From: Desulfobacterales bacterium
GTDB taxonomy: Bacteria > Desulfobacterota > Desulfobacteria > Desulfobacterales > UBA2174
NCBI GenBank assembly: GCA_963668645.2
Contig: CAXXWC010000021.1
Coordinates: 832,001 to 896,000 of the forward strand
Length of the DNA: 64,000 bases
Reading direction: 5' to 3'
The notes beneath the pieces are model-generated. The model ran no database searches, was not told the origin of the DNA, and saw only the letters and a list, made by a program, of their open reading frames with translations. Shown here piece by piece: positions 8,906-18,832 of the stretch (its first letter is position 1; each line of letters begins with the position of its first letter). A program made the position numbers and the translations under genes.

Positions 8906-9828
8906 TGAAAAAAACAGCCGGGATGGCCCTGGTCCTTTTCGGAGCCTCCTTTCTGACCTATGCCATGATCCTCCTGGCCCCGGGGGATGCCGCCAGGGAG
9001 ATCGCTGTTGCCCGGTACGGCGGGGAAAGCCAACTGGACCGGGCCACGGTGGAGTGGATCAGGGAAAAAGAGGGGCTTGACCAGCCCTTCCTGGTTCAGT
9101 ACGGCCGGTGGCTGTCTCATATTGTCCGGCTCGATTTCGGGTATTCCCTGGTGGAGGAAGCGAAAGTCTTCCGCCTGATCTGCCAGAGGTTTCCCAAAAC
9201 CTTTGAACTGGCCGCAGTTTCTCTTCTTCTTGCCCTGGCCGTATCCCTTCCCCTGGGAACCCTGGCCGGGCTGGGTCGCGGCTCCTGGCTGGACTCGGCT
9301 TCCGTCTCCCTGTCCGTGCTGGGACTTTCCATCCCCAATTTCTGGCTGGGGCTGCTTTTGATCACCCTTTTTAGCGTCAACCTCCACTGGCTTCCCAGTT
9401 TCGGAACCGGGGGATGGCAGCATCTGATCATGCCGGCCCTTACCCTTGGCACATCCATCACCGCCTATATTGCGAGACTGCTTCGCCTCTCCGTAATTCA
9501 GAGCATGGAATCGGAGCATGTCCTGGCCGTCAGGGCCAGGGGAACGGACTCCCCAAAGGTCCTGGCAAAGCATGTTTTCAAGAACACCCTGATCCCGATG
9601 GTTACCATTGTAGGCCTGGAATTCGGTCTGATTCTTGAGGGGGCAGTGGTGACAGAGGTGGTCTTTTCATGGCCCGGACTTGGCAGCCTCATGGTGGACG
9701 CCATCTGCAACCGGGACTACCCCCTGATCCAGGGGGTAGTGCTATTTACCGGAGCCATTTTTGTTTTGATCAATTTCGGAGTAGACCTGATCTGCAGCGC
9801 CCTGGATCCAAGGATACGCATGAAATGA
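8902..9828 (+). CDS. ABC permease (NikB/DppB-like)
   Basis: PGDAA, QYGRWL..DFGYS, SIPNFWLG, EAA-type loop ARG, NRDYPLIQG; ATGA overlap with the previous stop. Confidence 0.9.
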   Translation: MMKKTAGMALVLFGASFLTYAMILLAPGDAAREIAVARYGGESQLDRATVEWIREKEGLDQPFLVQYGRWLSHIVRLDFGYSLVEEAKVFRLICQRFPKTFELAAVSLLLALAVSLPLGTLAGLGRGSWLDSASVSLSVLGLSIPNFWLGLLLITLFSVNLHWLPSFGTGGWQHLIMPALTLGTSITAYIARLLRLSVIQSMESEHVLAVRARGTDSPKVLAKHVFKNTLIPMVTIVGLEFGLILEGAVVTEVVFSWPGLGSLMVDAICNRDYPLIQGVVLFTGAIFVLINFGVDLICSALDPRIRMK

Positions 9829-10673
9829 GTCTATTTCACAGGATACCATTTCCCGGACATCTTCTGGCTTCTGCGGCCAGGAATCCCGTGGCCAGTATGG
9901 CCGCAGGCGTCTTGATCCTTCTGGCCGTCCTGACCGTGGCCGGCCCGGACCTGGCACCTAACGATCCTCTGACCCCAGATCCGGCCATGCGTCTTTGCCC
10001 GCCCTGCCCCCGGTTTCCCATGGGCTGCGATGCTCTGGGTCGGTGTCTTTTCTCCCGCATATTGTACGGCGCCAGGGCCTCGGCCGGCATCGGGTTTGCC
10101 GCCGTGGCCCTTTCCGCCAGCCTGGGCACGGCCATCGGGCTGGCGGCCGGATATTTCAAAGGATGGGTCGATGAAGTGTTCATGCGCGTCACCGACATGT
10201 TTCTGGCCTTTCCGGAGATGGTGGCGGCCATTGCCCTGGCCGGCATCATGGGGCCGGGAAACCTGAACCTGATTTTTGCCATCAGTTGCGTATCCTGGAC
10301 AAAGTACGCCCGCCTGTCCCGTGGTATCGCCCTGACGTCCCGGGAGGCCCTTTACGTAAAGTCCGCCCGTTTGTCCGGGGTATCGCCGGCCATGATCATT
10401 GTCCGGCACATCCTACCCACGGTCCGGCCAGCCATGACGGTCCTGGCCACCGTGGGAATGGCCAAGGGAATTTTGAGCGTCTCCTCCCTTGGATTTCTCG
10501 GATTCGGAGTCCAGCCTCCAGACCCGGAGTGGGGAACGCTTCTCATGGAAGGCAAGGATTACCTGTTCACCGCCCCCCATCTATCCATATTCCCCGGTCT
10601 TTGCATCATGGCCGCAGTCATGGCCTTCAATCTGCTGGGAAACCGGATGGAGCAGCAAACCGGCGTCTTTTAA
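9825..10673 (+). CDS. ABC permease (NikC/DppC-like)
   Basis: MGCDALGRCLFSRILYGAR, LGFLGFGVQPPDPEWG; ATG 9825 overlaps the previous TGA. Confidence 0.9.
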   Translation: MSLFHRIPFPGHLLASAARNPVASMAAGVLILLAVLTVAGPDLAPNDPLTPDPAMRLCPPCPRFPMGCDALGRCLFSRILYGARASAGIGFAAVALSASLGTAIGLAAGYFKGWVDEVFMRVTDMFLAFPEMVAAIALAGIMGPGNLNLIFAISCVSWTKYARLSRGIALTSREALYVKSARLSGVSPAMIIVRHILPTVRPAMTVLATVGMAKGILSVSSLGFLGFGVQPPDPEWGTLLMEGKDYLFTAPHLSIFPGLCIMAAVMAFNLLGNRMEQQTGVF

Positions 10674-10740
10674 TCCTGGCCTTCATTATTTGAGCAAAAA
10701 AAAAATAAACGGCCGCTTCTTCCACGATGCGGTTGGGTGT

Positions 10741-10821
10741 TTGCCCATCAGGACCGCGGCTGTGAGCAAGGCCATCAAAAGAGGTGAGTCTTTAACCAAG
10801 GAAGATACTCGCTTTCATTAA
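10741..10821 (+). pseudogene. C-terminal remnant of a REP-associated tyrosine transposase-like protein
   Basis: LPIRTAAVSKAIKRGESLTKE resembles the AVSKxxxRGE C-terminal HTH end of deltaproteobacterial RAYTs; a similar peptide occurs at 33852-33899. Confidence 0.4.
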
Positions 10822-10885
10822 AAATTGGTGCCTATTGCACCGAACGCCCCAAACGGCCCTTGAGGCCAAGGATAGAGGAGGATCC

Positions 10886-11881
10886 ATGATTACACGCAAT
10901 CTTGGGAAATCAGAAATATCCGTATCTGCCATTGGACTTGGTTGCATGGGCCTTTCAGAATTTTACGGCCCTCCCGCGCAAGAGTCGCAGGCCATTAATT
11001 TACTCCACCGAGCGGTAGATTTGGGCGTTACACATTTTGATACCGCTGAAATCTACGGCCAGGGGCACAATGAACAATTACTGGGCAAGGCTTTTGCCAA
11101 GCGCTGGGACCAGATTGTACTTGCCACAAAATTCGGTCCACAGCGCGATCCGGCCACGGGCGCCTTTGTGGGGGTGGACGGATCGCCAGCCAATGTCCGC
11201 AGCTCCTGCGAAAAGAGCCTTCAGCGTCTGGGGGCCGAAAGGATTGACCTGTATTATCTCCACCGTGTGGATCCAGCCACGCCGATCGAGGAGACGGTGG
11301 GCGAGATGGCCAAGTTGGTACAAGAAGGCAAAATCAGGGCTGTCGGATTATCGGAGGCTTCGGCTGTGACGCTCAAACGGGCAAACGCCGTTTATCCCAT
11401 ATCCGCCCTTCAAACCGAGTATTCGATTTTTAGTCGTGATATCGAACGGGATATTCTCCCCACCTGTGTGGCGCTTGGCATATCCCTTGTCGCTTACTCC
11501 CCTTTAGGCAGGGGAATGCTGGCCGGGCGCTACACCCCAACCAGCGATGAGCCAACCAGCGATGCTGATTACCGTGCCCGGATGCAGCCCCGGTTTCAGC
11601 CGGGCAATATCGCGGCCAACCTCAAACTGGTAGAGGCGATCAGGGAAATTGCTGCCCGAAGAGGATGTATGACAGCACAGGTTGCTTTGTCCTGGGTTTT
11701 GGGCCAGGGGGATCATATTGTCGCCATTCCCGGCACGACCAAACTGGCCAACCTGGAGACCAACCTGGGTGCGCTGGACTGCCGGCTTACAGACAAAGAC
11801 CGAACTGTGCTCAATAATCTGGCCGGCAAGGTTCTCGGAGACCGGTATTTGCCTGAAGAGATGGCGGCGGTCAACCGATAA
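10886..11881 (+). CDS. Aldo/keto reductase
   Basis: IGLGCMG, FDTAEIYG, LATKFG, IDLYYLHRVD, AYSPLGRG, IPGT; RBS GAGGAGG. Confidence 0.95.
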   Translation: MITRNLGKSEISVSAIGLGCMGLSEFYGPPAQESQAINLLHRAVDLGVTHFDTAEIYGQGHNEQLLGKAFAKRWDQIVLATKFGPQRDPATGAFVGVDGSPANVRSSCEKSLQRLGAERIDLYYLHRVDPATPIEETVGEMAKLVQEGKIRAVGLSEASAVTLKRANAVYPISALQTEYSIFSRDIERDILPTCVALGISLVAYSPLGRGMLAGRYTPTSDEPTSDADYRARMQPRFQPGNIAANLKLVEAIREIAARRGCMTAQVALSWVLGQGDHIVAIPGTTKLANLETNLGALDCRLTDKDRTVLNNLAGKVLGDRYLPEEMAAVNR

Positions 11882-11893
11882 AGGATAGGTGGT

Positions 11894-12841
11894 CCTTGCC
11901 ATCCAGCCGATTTTGTAGCATCGTCTGCCGCTGTCGGCACAGCAAAGGACCCGCGCGCGGCCTCACGGCGCAAAAACGTCGCAGGGTGGCCAATGCCGAT
12001 TTCCTTTCCGCTCGTATAATCACCTTGGTGTGACTTTGCCTATGGGTATCTTCACATCTTTTCGAGCGGATGCATAACGGCTTTCTCATCGCGTTCTGCC
12101 GGGTTGCCGAAGGTACGGGCCACCAAATCGGCAGCAAGGCACCAGAGCAAGGGAGAAAAAGAAATGGAACTCAAAGACGCAATTCGAACCCGCAAGAGCA
12201 TCCGGCGCTTTACCGCACGACCCGTCGATAGAGAGACCCTGCGCGAAATCCTCCAGCTGGCCTGCCGGGCCCCTTCCGCGGAGAACACCCAGCCGTGGGA
12301 GTTCTTCGTGCTGGGCGGTGAGACCCTCGACAAAATCCGCACCGCCAACGTGGCAAAGATTCGCACCTTTCAGATGCCGCCCGAGGAAATGGCCCACATC
12401 CACGTCGAACGGCCCAAAGGCAGCATCTATCGCCAGCGACAGGTGGAGATTGCCAAGCAGCTCTTCGGCCTGATGGGCATCGCGCGCGAAGACAAGGAAA
12501 AACGCGCCGCTTGGATGGAGCGGGGATTTCGCTACTTTGATGCGCCCGCGGCGATCATCGTCGCAGCCGACAAGTCGCTGCCGATTCAAGGCACCTACCT
12601 CGACGCAGGGGCCGTCACCCAGACGATCTGCCTGGCGGCTCTCGACTATGGGCTGCACACCTGCATCGAGAACCAGGGCATCACCTACTCCGACGTGCTG
12701 CGGCAGTACACGCCGATCCCGGACACCAAGCGTCTGATGTCCGCCATCGCCATCGGGTATCCTGACTGGGACTTTCCGGCCAACCGGGTCGAAAGCCCGC
12801 GCGAGCCCATCGACCGGGTAGTCACCTGGTGCGGGCTGTGA
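11894..12841 (+). repeat. Direct repeat copy 1 (esterase 3' tip + intergenic region + nitroreductase)
   Basis: Aligns by eye to 20523-21446, from CCTTGCCAT..TTTTGTAGCATCG through TGCGGGCTGTGA. Confidence 0.9.
12164..12841 (+). CDS. Nitroreductase family protein (copy 1)
   Basis: IRTRKSIRRF, APSAENTQPWEF, FDAPAAI, AIAIGYPD. Confidence 0.93.
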   Translation: MELKDAIRTRKSIRRFTARPVDRETLREILQLACRAPSAENTQPWEFFVLGGETLDKIRTANVAKIRTFQMPPEEMAHIHVERPKGSIYRQRQVEIAKQLFGLMGIAREDKEKRAAWMERGFRYFDAPAAIIVAADKSLPIQGTYLDAGAVTQTICLAALDYGLHTCIENQGITYSDVLRQYTPIPDTKRLMSAIAIGYPDWDFPANRVESPREPIDRVVTWCGL

Positions 12842-12904
12842 TCGGCAGCAGACAATCTGTGGCGACCATGATGGCAATGGGGCAATCATGTTGCTCAACG
12901 TTTT

Positions 12905-13795
12905 ATGGCAAGGTTATGTAGGAAATTTCAAAAAATGGACCCATCTCTGTTTGACATATTGAAAAACATAAACTCACGCCCAGCACCTTTCCAGTTTTAC
13001 ACAGCAGATGCACTGTGGACCGATGAACACACATCAAAAAAGATGCTTGAATATCATTTGAACGAATCTGTTGACCTTTCTTCCCGGAACAAAGATTTTA
13101 TTGATCGGTCCGTAAAATGGATAGTGTCTCATTTTGGAATAGACGCGAATACAAGTATTGCAGACTTTGGTTGCGGCCCGGGCCTATATACAACACGATT
13201 TGCAGAGAATAACGCTGATGTTACTGGAATTGATTTTTCAATAAGATCAATCCAGTACGCGAGAAATATCGCCGATCAAAAAGGACTGGAAATTGACTAT
13301 TATCATCAAAACTACCTGGAGTTTGAAACAGAAAAACGGTTCGATCTCATCACAATGATCTTTTGCGATTTTTGCGCACTAAGCCGTAGTCAAAGAAAAG
13401 CGGTGCTTTCCAAGTTCTACAAATTTTTGAAGCCCGGCGGATCGGTCCTTTTGGATGTCCATTCTTTGAATACCTTCAATAGCAGAGACGAGCTTGCAAT
13501 ATACGAACACAATCATCTCGATAATTTCTGGTCTCCTGAAAATTATTATGGATTTCTGAACATATTCAAATATGATAAAGAAAAAATAACCCTCGATAAA
13601 TACACAATAATTGAAAAGGCAAGAACCCGTGTTATATATAACTGGCTGCAATATTTCAACCAGGACTCGCTTAGAAGGGAGTTCGAAGAGAACGGATTTG
13701 AGGCTAAAGAGTTCTACGCCGATGTGGCCGGTGCGACTTTCTTTCCTGAATCGTCCGACATTGCAATTGTTGCCGGAAAAGTTGTCGCAGGATAG
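12905..13795 (+). CDS. Class I SAM-dependent methyltransferase
   Basis: ADFGCGPGLY, GIDFS, FDLITMIFCDFC, LKPGG; AT-richer than its neighbours. Confidence 0.88.
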   Translation: MARLCRKFQKMDPSLFDILKNINSRPAPFQFYTADALWTDEHTSKKMLEYHLNESVDLSSRNKDFIDRSVKWIVSHFGIDANTSIADFGCGPGLYTTRFAENNADVTGIDFSIRSIQYARNIADQKGLEIDYYHQNYLEFETEKRFDLITMIFCDFCALSRSQRKAVLSKFYKFLKPGGSVLLDVHSLNTFNSRDELAIYEHNHLDNFWSPENYYGFLNIFKYDKEKITLDKYTIIEKARTRVIYNWLQYFNQDSLRREFEENGFEAKEFYADVAGATFFPESSDIAIVAGKVVAG

Positions 13796-13910
13796 TGGAT
13801 TTTCACCCTTGGCGCTTTGGCAGATGCCGGCCCATTACTCTCGCCCTGAAGCCAGTGGTTGATCACATCGTCAATCGGCACACTGCGGTCCTAAGCGTCG
13901 GTCGAGGCCG

Positions 13911-13949
13911 GAAGCGATCGATCCGGCAAGAGGAAGGATCGACCGCTTC
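13911..13949. terminator. Hairpin between convergent genes (possible terminator)
   Basis: GAAGCGATCGATCC...GGATCGACCGCTTC inverted repeat. Confidence 0.45.
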
Positions 13950-13968
13950 ATGTCGTTAAAAAAAGCAA

Positions 13969-14826
13969 CTAATTTCCCAACGCAATCATTTCTTTGAGAT
14001 CTTCCAGGGCCTCGGCCGGCATCTTGAAAGAGTGTTCGGGGCCGGGAAATGCGCCGTTGCGAACCTCTTCCTTATACTGTCCGAGGGTGTCCAGAATCAC
14101 TTTCCCGATCTGGGTATACTGTTTGACGAATTTGGGAATGAACTTGTCGAACAATCCAATCATGTCATGGGTGACCAATACTTGCCCATCCACATCGGGG
14201 CCGGCCCCGATACCGATAACCGGGATACTGACGGACTCGGCGATCAGTTTTCCCAGAGGGGCGGGCACCGCTTCAAGCACAATCGAAAAAGCACCGGCCT
14301 TTTCGATCGAAACGGCGTCATCCAAGATCTGCTTGGCCGCGTTGGCATTTTTGCCCTGCATTTTAAAACCGCCCAAGGCCGTTGCGGTTTGCGGTGTCAG
14401 TCCGATATGGCCCTGTACCGGGATCCCTGCCTTGACTATGGCTTCCACCACCGGCGCGAAATTTACGCCCCCCTCCAGCTTGACCACATCGCAGCCGCCC
14501 TCTTTCATCAGGCGCCCGGCGTTGATCACCGCATCCCGGGCACCGGTGTTGTAGCTCATAAAGGGCATGTCTCCCACGACAAGGGACTTTTTGCAGCCCC
14601 GCATCACGGCCTTTATGTGGTGGAGCATATCTTCCATGGTCACTTCCACGGTCCCATCCAGGCCCATGACCACCATGCCCAGACTGTCCCCCACCAACAC
14701 CATGTCCATCCCCGCCTGGTCGGCCAGCAGCCCCATCGGATAATCATATGCAGTGCACATCGCCAATTTGCGGTTCTCTTTTTTGGCCTGGATCAAATCC
14801 GACACGGTAACTTTTTTATCGTTCAT
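13969..14826 (-). CDS. panB: 3-methyl-2-oxobutanoate hydroxymethyltransferase
   Basis: TAYD, LVGDSLGM, DMPFMSY, VKLEGG, GHIGLTPQ, IGIGAG..DGQVLV. Confidence 0.96.
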   Translation of the reverse strand: MNDKKVTVSDLIQAKKENRKLAMCTAYDYPMGLLADQAGMDMVLVGDSLGMVVMGLDGTVEVTMEDMLHHIKAVMRGCKKSLVVGDMPFMSYNTGARDAVINAGRLMKEGGCDVVKLEGGVNFAPVVEAIVKAGIPVQGHIGLTPQTATALGGFKMQGKNANAAKQILDDAVSIEKAGAFSIVLEAVPAPLGKLIAESVSIPVIGIGAGPDVDGQVLVTHDMIGLFDKFIPKFVKQYTQIGKVILDTLGQYKEEVRNGAFPGPEHSFKMPAEALEDLKEMIALGN

Positions 14827-14914
14827 CGCGACTCCTTACTTTTTACGAACGAATCAGTCTTAGATTGTGCAACTATCATCCAATCCCAAGAGGCTTTGTA
14901 CGGGATTGATTCGG

Positions 14915-16240
14915 TCATTTGAAAATAAGCCCCGGCAACCAGGTCACCAGGGACGGAAAGATGATGACCACGATCAAACCGATGATCTGAATTGCGACAA
15001 ATGGAATGATTCCCTTGTATATCTCACCCGTCGTGACTTCTTCCGGGCATACGCCCTTGAGGTAAAAAAGAGCGAATCCGAAAGGGGGCGTTAAAAACGA
15101 CGTCTGGAAATTCAGACAAACGAGCACGCAAAACCATACCGGATCAATCCCCAGGTGTTGGACAATGGGTGCAAGAATCGGGATAATGATGAAGGTGATT
15201 TCGATAAAATCGAGAAAACAGCCCAGGGCGAATAAAATTGCCATCACCAGGGCGAGCACCCCCCAGGTCCCCCCGCCGATGTGGGTCAACAGCGCCTTTA
15301 GGGCCGCGTCTCCACCGAGTCCCCGGAATACAAGGCCGAATGCGGTGGCCCCCAGAAGAATCATAAAGGCCATCGAGGTAAATCCGGTGGTCGTGCGCAT
15401 CACGTCCAAAAGTACCGCCCGGGTCATCCGCTTGCGCAGGATGGTAAGCACCATGGCACCCAACGCACCGACCGCCGCGGCTTCAGTTGGCGATGCAATC
15501 CCGAAAAAGATGGAACCCAGAACCGTAAGAATCAACCCAGCGGGCGGCAGCAGGGATTTGAGCACCTTTTCGGCAAGCTGCTTGCCTGACGTGGGGTGCA
15601 GATCCATATCCGCGTTGCTCAAGCCCGGAGCGACCTTTGGATTGAAATAGGCGTATATAAGAATGAAAACAATATAGAGCCCAACCAGGATCAGGCCAGG
15701 AATCAAGGCCCCCATGAAAAGCACGCCCACCGACACCCCCATGATGTCCCCGAGAATAACCAGGGCGATGCTCGGCGGGATGATCTGGCCAAGCGTGCTG
15801 GCCGCGCATATGGTGCCGGTGGCCAGGCCATGGGAATACTTTTTTTTCAGCATCAGCGGCAGTGAGATCACGCCCATGGTGACCACGGTGGCCCCCATGA
15901 TTCCGGTGGAAGCGGCAAGCAATGCCCCCACCACCACCACGGATACAGCCACCCCGCCGCGAATTTTGCCGAACAGCAGGGCCATGGTCTCGAGCAGGTC
16001 TTCGGCCAGGCCCGATCTGTCAAGAAATACCCCCATGAAGATAAAAAGAGGAACGGCCACCAATGTAAAACCGCTCATTCTGCCCCAAATCCGCATAGGG
16101 AGCAGCGTGAAAAAATCCAGTCCGAATCCGAAAATTCCGAAAAACAGGGCAACCCCCCCCAGTGTGAACGCCACCGGGTACCCGATCATGATCAATACAG
16201 CCAGCGATAAAAACATCAACAGTGGTATAAGGTCGGCCAT
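14915..16240 (-). CDS. TRAP transporter large permease (DctM)
   Basis: Polytopic membrane protein; AVPLFIFMG, STLGQIIPPS, SPTEAAAVG, TSFLTPPFG. Confidence 0.93.
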   Translation of the reverse strand: MADLIPLLMFLSLAVLIMIGYPVAFTLGGVALFFGIFGFGLDFFTLLPMRIWGRMSGFTLVAVPLFIFMGVFLDRSGLAEDLLETMALLFGKIRGGVAVSVVVVGALLAASTGIMGATVVTMGVISLPLMLKKKYSHGLATGTICAASTLGQIIPPSIALVILGDIMGVSVGVLFMGALIPGLILVGLYIVFILIYAYFNPKVAPGLSNADMDLHPTSGKQLAEKVLKSLLPPAGLILTVLGSIFFGIASPTEAAAVGALGAMVLTILRKRMTRAVLLDVMRTTTGFTSMAFMILLGATAFGLVFRGLGGDAALKALLTHIGGGTWGVLALVMAILFALGCFLDFIEITFIIIPILAPIVQHLGIDPVWFCVLVCLNFQTSFLTPPFGFALFYLKGVCPEEVTTGEIYKGIIPFVAIQIIGLIVVIIFPSLVTWLPGLIFK

Positions 16241-16243
16241 CTG

Positions 16244-16747
16244 CTACTCCCCGCGCTTCGTAATCGCTGCGACATTTTTGACAATTTCCGAAATTCCCTG
16301 CAACGCAAGCAGCATGAACGTAAGGGGAATGACCGATTTAAGGATATACCGTGCGGGGAGTCCCCCCGGATCCGAGGAGCCTTCCCAGATCGCCCATGAA
16401 TCCGATACAAAAGGGATGGATGAATAAACGATCAGTGCACAGAACGGCAAAAGGAAGAAAATCGAACCGATCAGATCGACCCAGGCTTTGGTTTTAGCGC
16501 TGAACTTCACATAAAACAGGTCAACACGTACATGCCCGTTTCGCAAAAGCGTCCACGAGGCGGCAAGCATGAAATTGGCCGCGAAAAGGTGCCACTCGGC
16601 TTCCTGGATCCAGATGGAACCGGCTTTGAATATGTACCGCATGATCACATCGTACATGGTAATCAACACCATCAAGAGTGTCATCCAGGACACCACATGC
16701 CCGATACGGGTACTGACTTGATCAACAAAGCGAGCTAAGCTGTTCAT
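16244..16747 (-). CDS. TRAP transporter small permease (DctQ)
   Basis: 4 TM, VIMRY, EAEW, GHVRVDLF. Confidence 0.92.
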   Translation of the reverse strand: MNSLARFVDQVSTRIGHVVSWMTLLMVLITMYDVIMRYIFKAGSIWIQEAEWHLFAANFMLAASWTLLRNGHVRVDLFYVKFSAKTKAWVDLIGSIFFLLPFCALIVYSSIPFVSDSWAIWEGSSDPGGLPARYILKSVIPLTFMLLALQGISEIVKNVAAITKRGE

Positions 16748-16801
16748 GTTCGATTCTCTTCCTGATTTGCCGTATTCATTGAAAATTAAGGCTGGGTTGC
16801 A

Positions 16802-17896
16802 TCAGGACTTCAGCCGGATCGCATCGATGTAGGCCCATTCCGATGCTTCCATCCAGTAGTTGAAATTGTCCATGAATGCGAGCGCAGACTCATAAACAGT
16901 TTTGAATTTTTCGGATTTCCGGCTCTCTTCCTCCATCACCTTTTTGGTGATCTTACGGAGTTGGATCAGAACGTCCTCGGGAAACTTCCGCAGCTGCACA
17001 TTGTGCTTGTTCACCATCTCCTTCAATACCCTGCCATTTTCGGCATCGGCCTCGGCCAGCGACCAGGAAACGCTTTCTGCGCAGGCCATGTTGACGATCA
17101 TCTTCAGGTCCTCGGGAAGCGTTTCCCAGGCCGCCGTATTAACGACAAACGGGACGGTGGTCGCGGGTTCGTGCCAAGCCGGATAATAGTAATACTTGGC
17201 TGCCTGATAGAGCCCCAACCGATCATCATACAATGGCGTGACCCATTCGGTGGCGTCGATGACTCCACGCTCCAGTGCACTGTAGACCTCGGATCCCGGC
17301 AGGTTCACCACGTTTACCCCGCACTCGGCCATGACCTTTCCGGCCAATCCGGGAATTCGCATTTTCAGTCCCTTCAGATCTGAAAGGCTGTTGATCTCTT
17401 TGCGGAACCACCCCCCCATTTGGGTGCCGGTGGAAAGCATGATGATCGGATACAGATTGAATTGCTTGTAATACTCGCGAAAGAGGTCCATTCCGCCACC
17501 GGCATAAAGCCAGGCGAGTTTTCCACGATGCGGCATTCCGAACGGATAATCTGAATAAAACTGGGTTTCCGGAGATTTTCCCGCATAGTAATAGGGGGCG
17601 GTGGAACCGCATTGAATTGCCCGCCCCTGGCTGACGGCATCGAAAACCTCAAGCGGGCCGACCAGTTCGCCGCCGGCGTACACGTCGATTCTCAGCCGGC
17701 CATCGGACATGATTTCAATATTTTTTGCCAGCCGGTCACAGCTATCCTGGAGAATGGGAAACTTTGGCGGCCAACTGGTGGCCATTTTCCACTTGAAGGT
17801 TTTTCCCGCGATCGCCTTTGCCGGCCGTACCAAGCCAGCAGCCCCGGCGGTGGCCACACCCGCAACGGCTGTACGAATAAAATCCCTGCGCTTCAT
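16802..17896 (-). CDS. TRAP substrate-binding protein (DctP, TakP-like), Tat-exported
   Basis: Tat signal KRRDFI; WKMATSWP, QMGGWFRKEI, KMRIPGL, ALERGVIDATEW, YYYPAWHEP. Confidence 0.93.
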   Translation of the reverse strand: MKRRDFIRTAVAGVATAGAAGLVRPAKAIAGKTFKWKMATSWPPKFPILQDSCDRLAKNIEIMSDGRLRIDVYAGGELVGPLEVFDAVSQGRAIQCGSTAPYYYAGKSPETQFYSDYPFGMPHRGKLAWLYAGGGMDLFREYYKQFNLYPIIMLSTGTQMGGWFRKEINSLSDLKGLKMRIPGLAGKVMAECGVNVVNLPGSEVYSALERGVIDATEWVTPLYDDRLGLYQAAKYYYYPAWHEPATTVPFVVNTAAWETLPEDLKMIVNMACAESVSWSLAEADAENGRVLKEMVNKHNVQLRKFPEDVLIQLRKITKKVMEEESRKSEKFKTVYESALAFMDNFNYWMEASEWAYIDAIRLKS

Positions 17897-18028
17897 GTTC
17901 TCTCTCCTCTCTGCTCTGTTTTCATGGTGTTGGGAGTAAAGTGGGTCCCTATCTGTTTTCTGATTTCCACTACCGTAAAGGGGGTCTTCAAGGGAGGGCT
18001 CTTCGAAAAGACATCATGCACCCTGATT

Positions 18029-18832
18029 TCACTTTGCCGAATCCAGGTGGCGACTTCCACCCAACTGGGCTGACAACCGGGCACAGACGTTTACAAGATC
18101 CTGGCCGATCTGGGTGACCCTTTCGCAGGGCATCCGGGAGACAGGTCCCGCCAGACTGATGGCGTGCATGGGATAGTTGCCGAAGGTGAAGACCGGTGCC
18201 CCAATGCAGACAATGTGCGGATCGAATTCCTGTTGATCGATCGAATACCCTCTTGCCTTGATTTCTTTCAGCTGTGAAAGCAGCTTATTCTTGTCTGTGA
18301 TGGTGTTCGGACAGAGTGGATTGAGTCCCATTCTGTCCATCAGTTGGGCCTGCATGTCAGTCGGCAAGTACGCCAATATAGCCTTTCCCTGTGCCGTGCA
18401 GTAGAGCGCGAACCGGAATCCGACGACCAAATCCGTTCGCAGCCTGGAGATCGGCTCGATCTTCTCGATGAAAATCACATGGTCATCCACCAACATTCCA
18501 AGGTTGACCGTCTCATTGTGCCTTTTGGAAAGATCGTACATGAAAGGAAGGGCGACCTTCTTGATCTCGATGGCGTTGGCCCAGCGCATTCCCAGCTCGA
18601 AGATCCTGTAGCTGACGCGGTAGTTCGAATTTTCTTCGTTGACGTATCCAAGATCCTTCAGCGTGGCCAGGAATCGGTAAACCGCACTGCGGTCCATTCC
18701 CACCCGGGCAGCCAGTTCACTGACCCCGACGCCCTGGTATTCTGACAAGGCCTCAATGATACGAAAGCACTTTTGGACCGAAGTAACCCAGTAATAAGGC
18801 TTTTGAACCACTGACAGCTCCCATCTGTTCAT
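18029..18832 (-). CDS. IclR family transcriptional regulator
   Basis: HTH GVSELAARVGMDRSAVYRFLATL, ETVNLG, CTAQGKAILA, RGYSIDQQE. Confidence 0.95.
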   Translation of the reverse strand: MNRWELSVVQKPYYWVTSVQKCFRIIEALSEYQGVGVSELAARVGMDRSAVYRFLATLKDLGYVNEENSNYRVSYRIFELGMRWANAIEIKKVALPFMYDLSKRHNETVNLGMLVDDHVIFIEKIEPISRLRTDLVVGFRFALYCTAQGKAILAYLPTDMQAQLMDRMGLNPLCPNTITDKNKLLSQLKEIKARGYSIDQQEFDPHIVCIGAPVFTFGNYPMHAISLAGPVSRMPCERVTQIGQDLVNVCARLSAQLGGSRHLDSAK

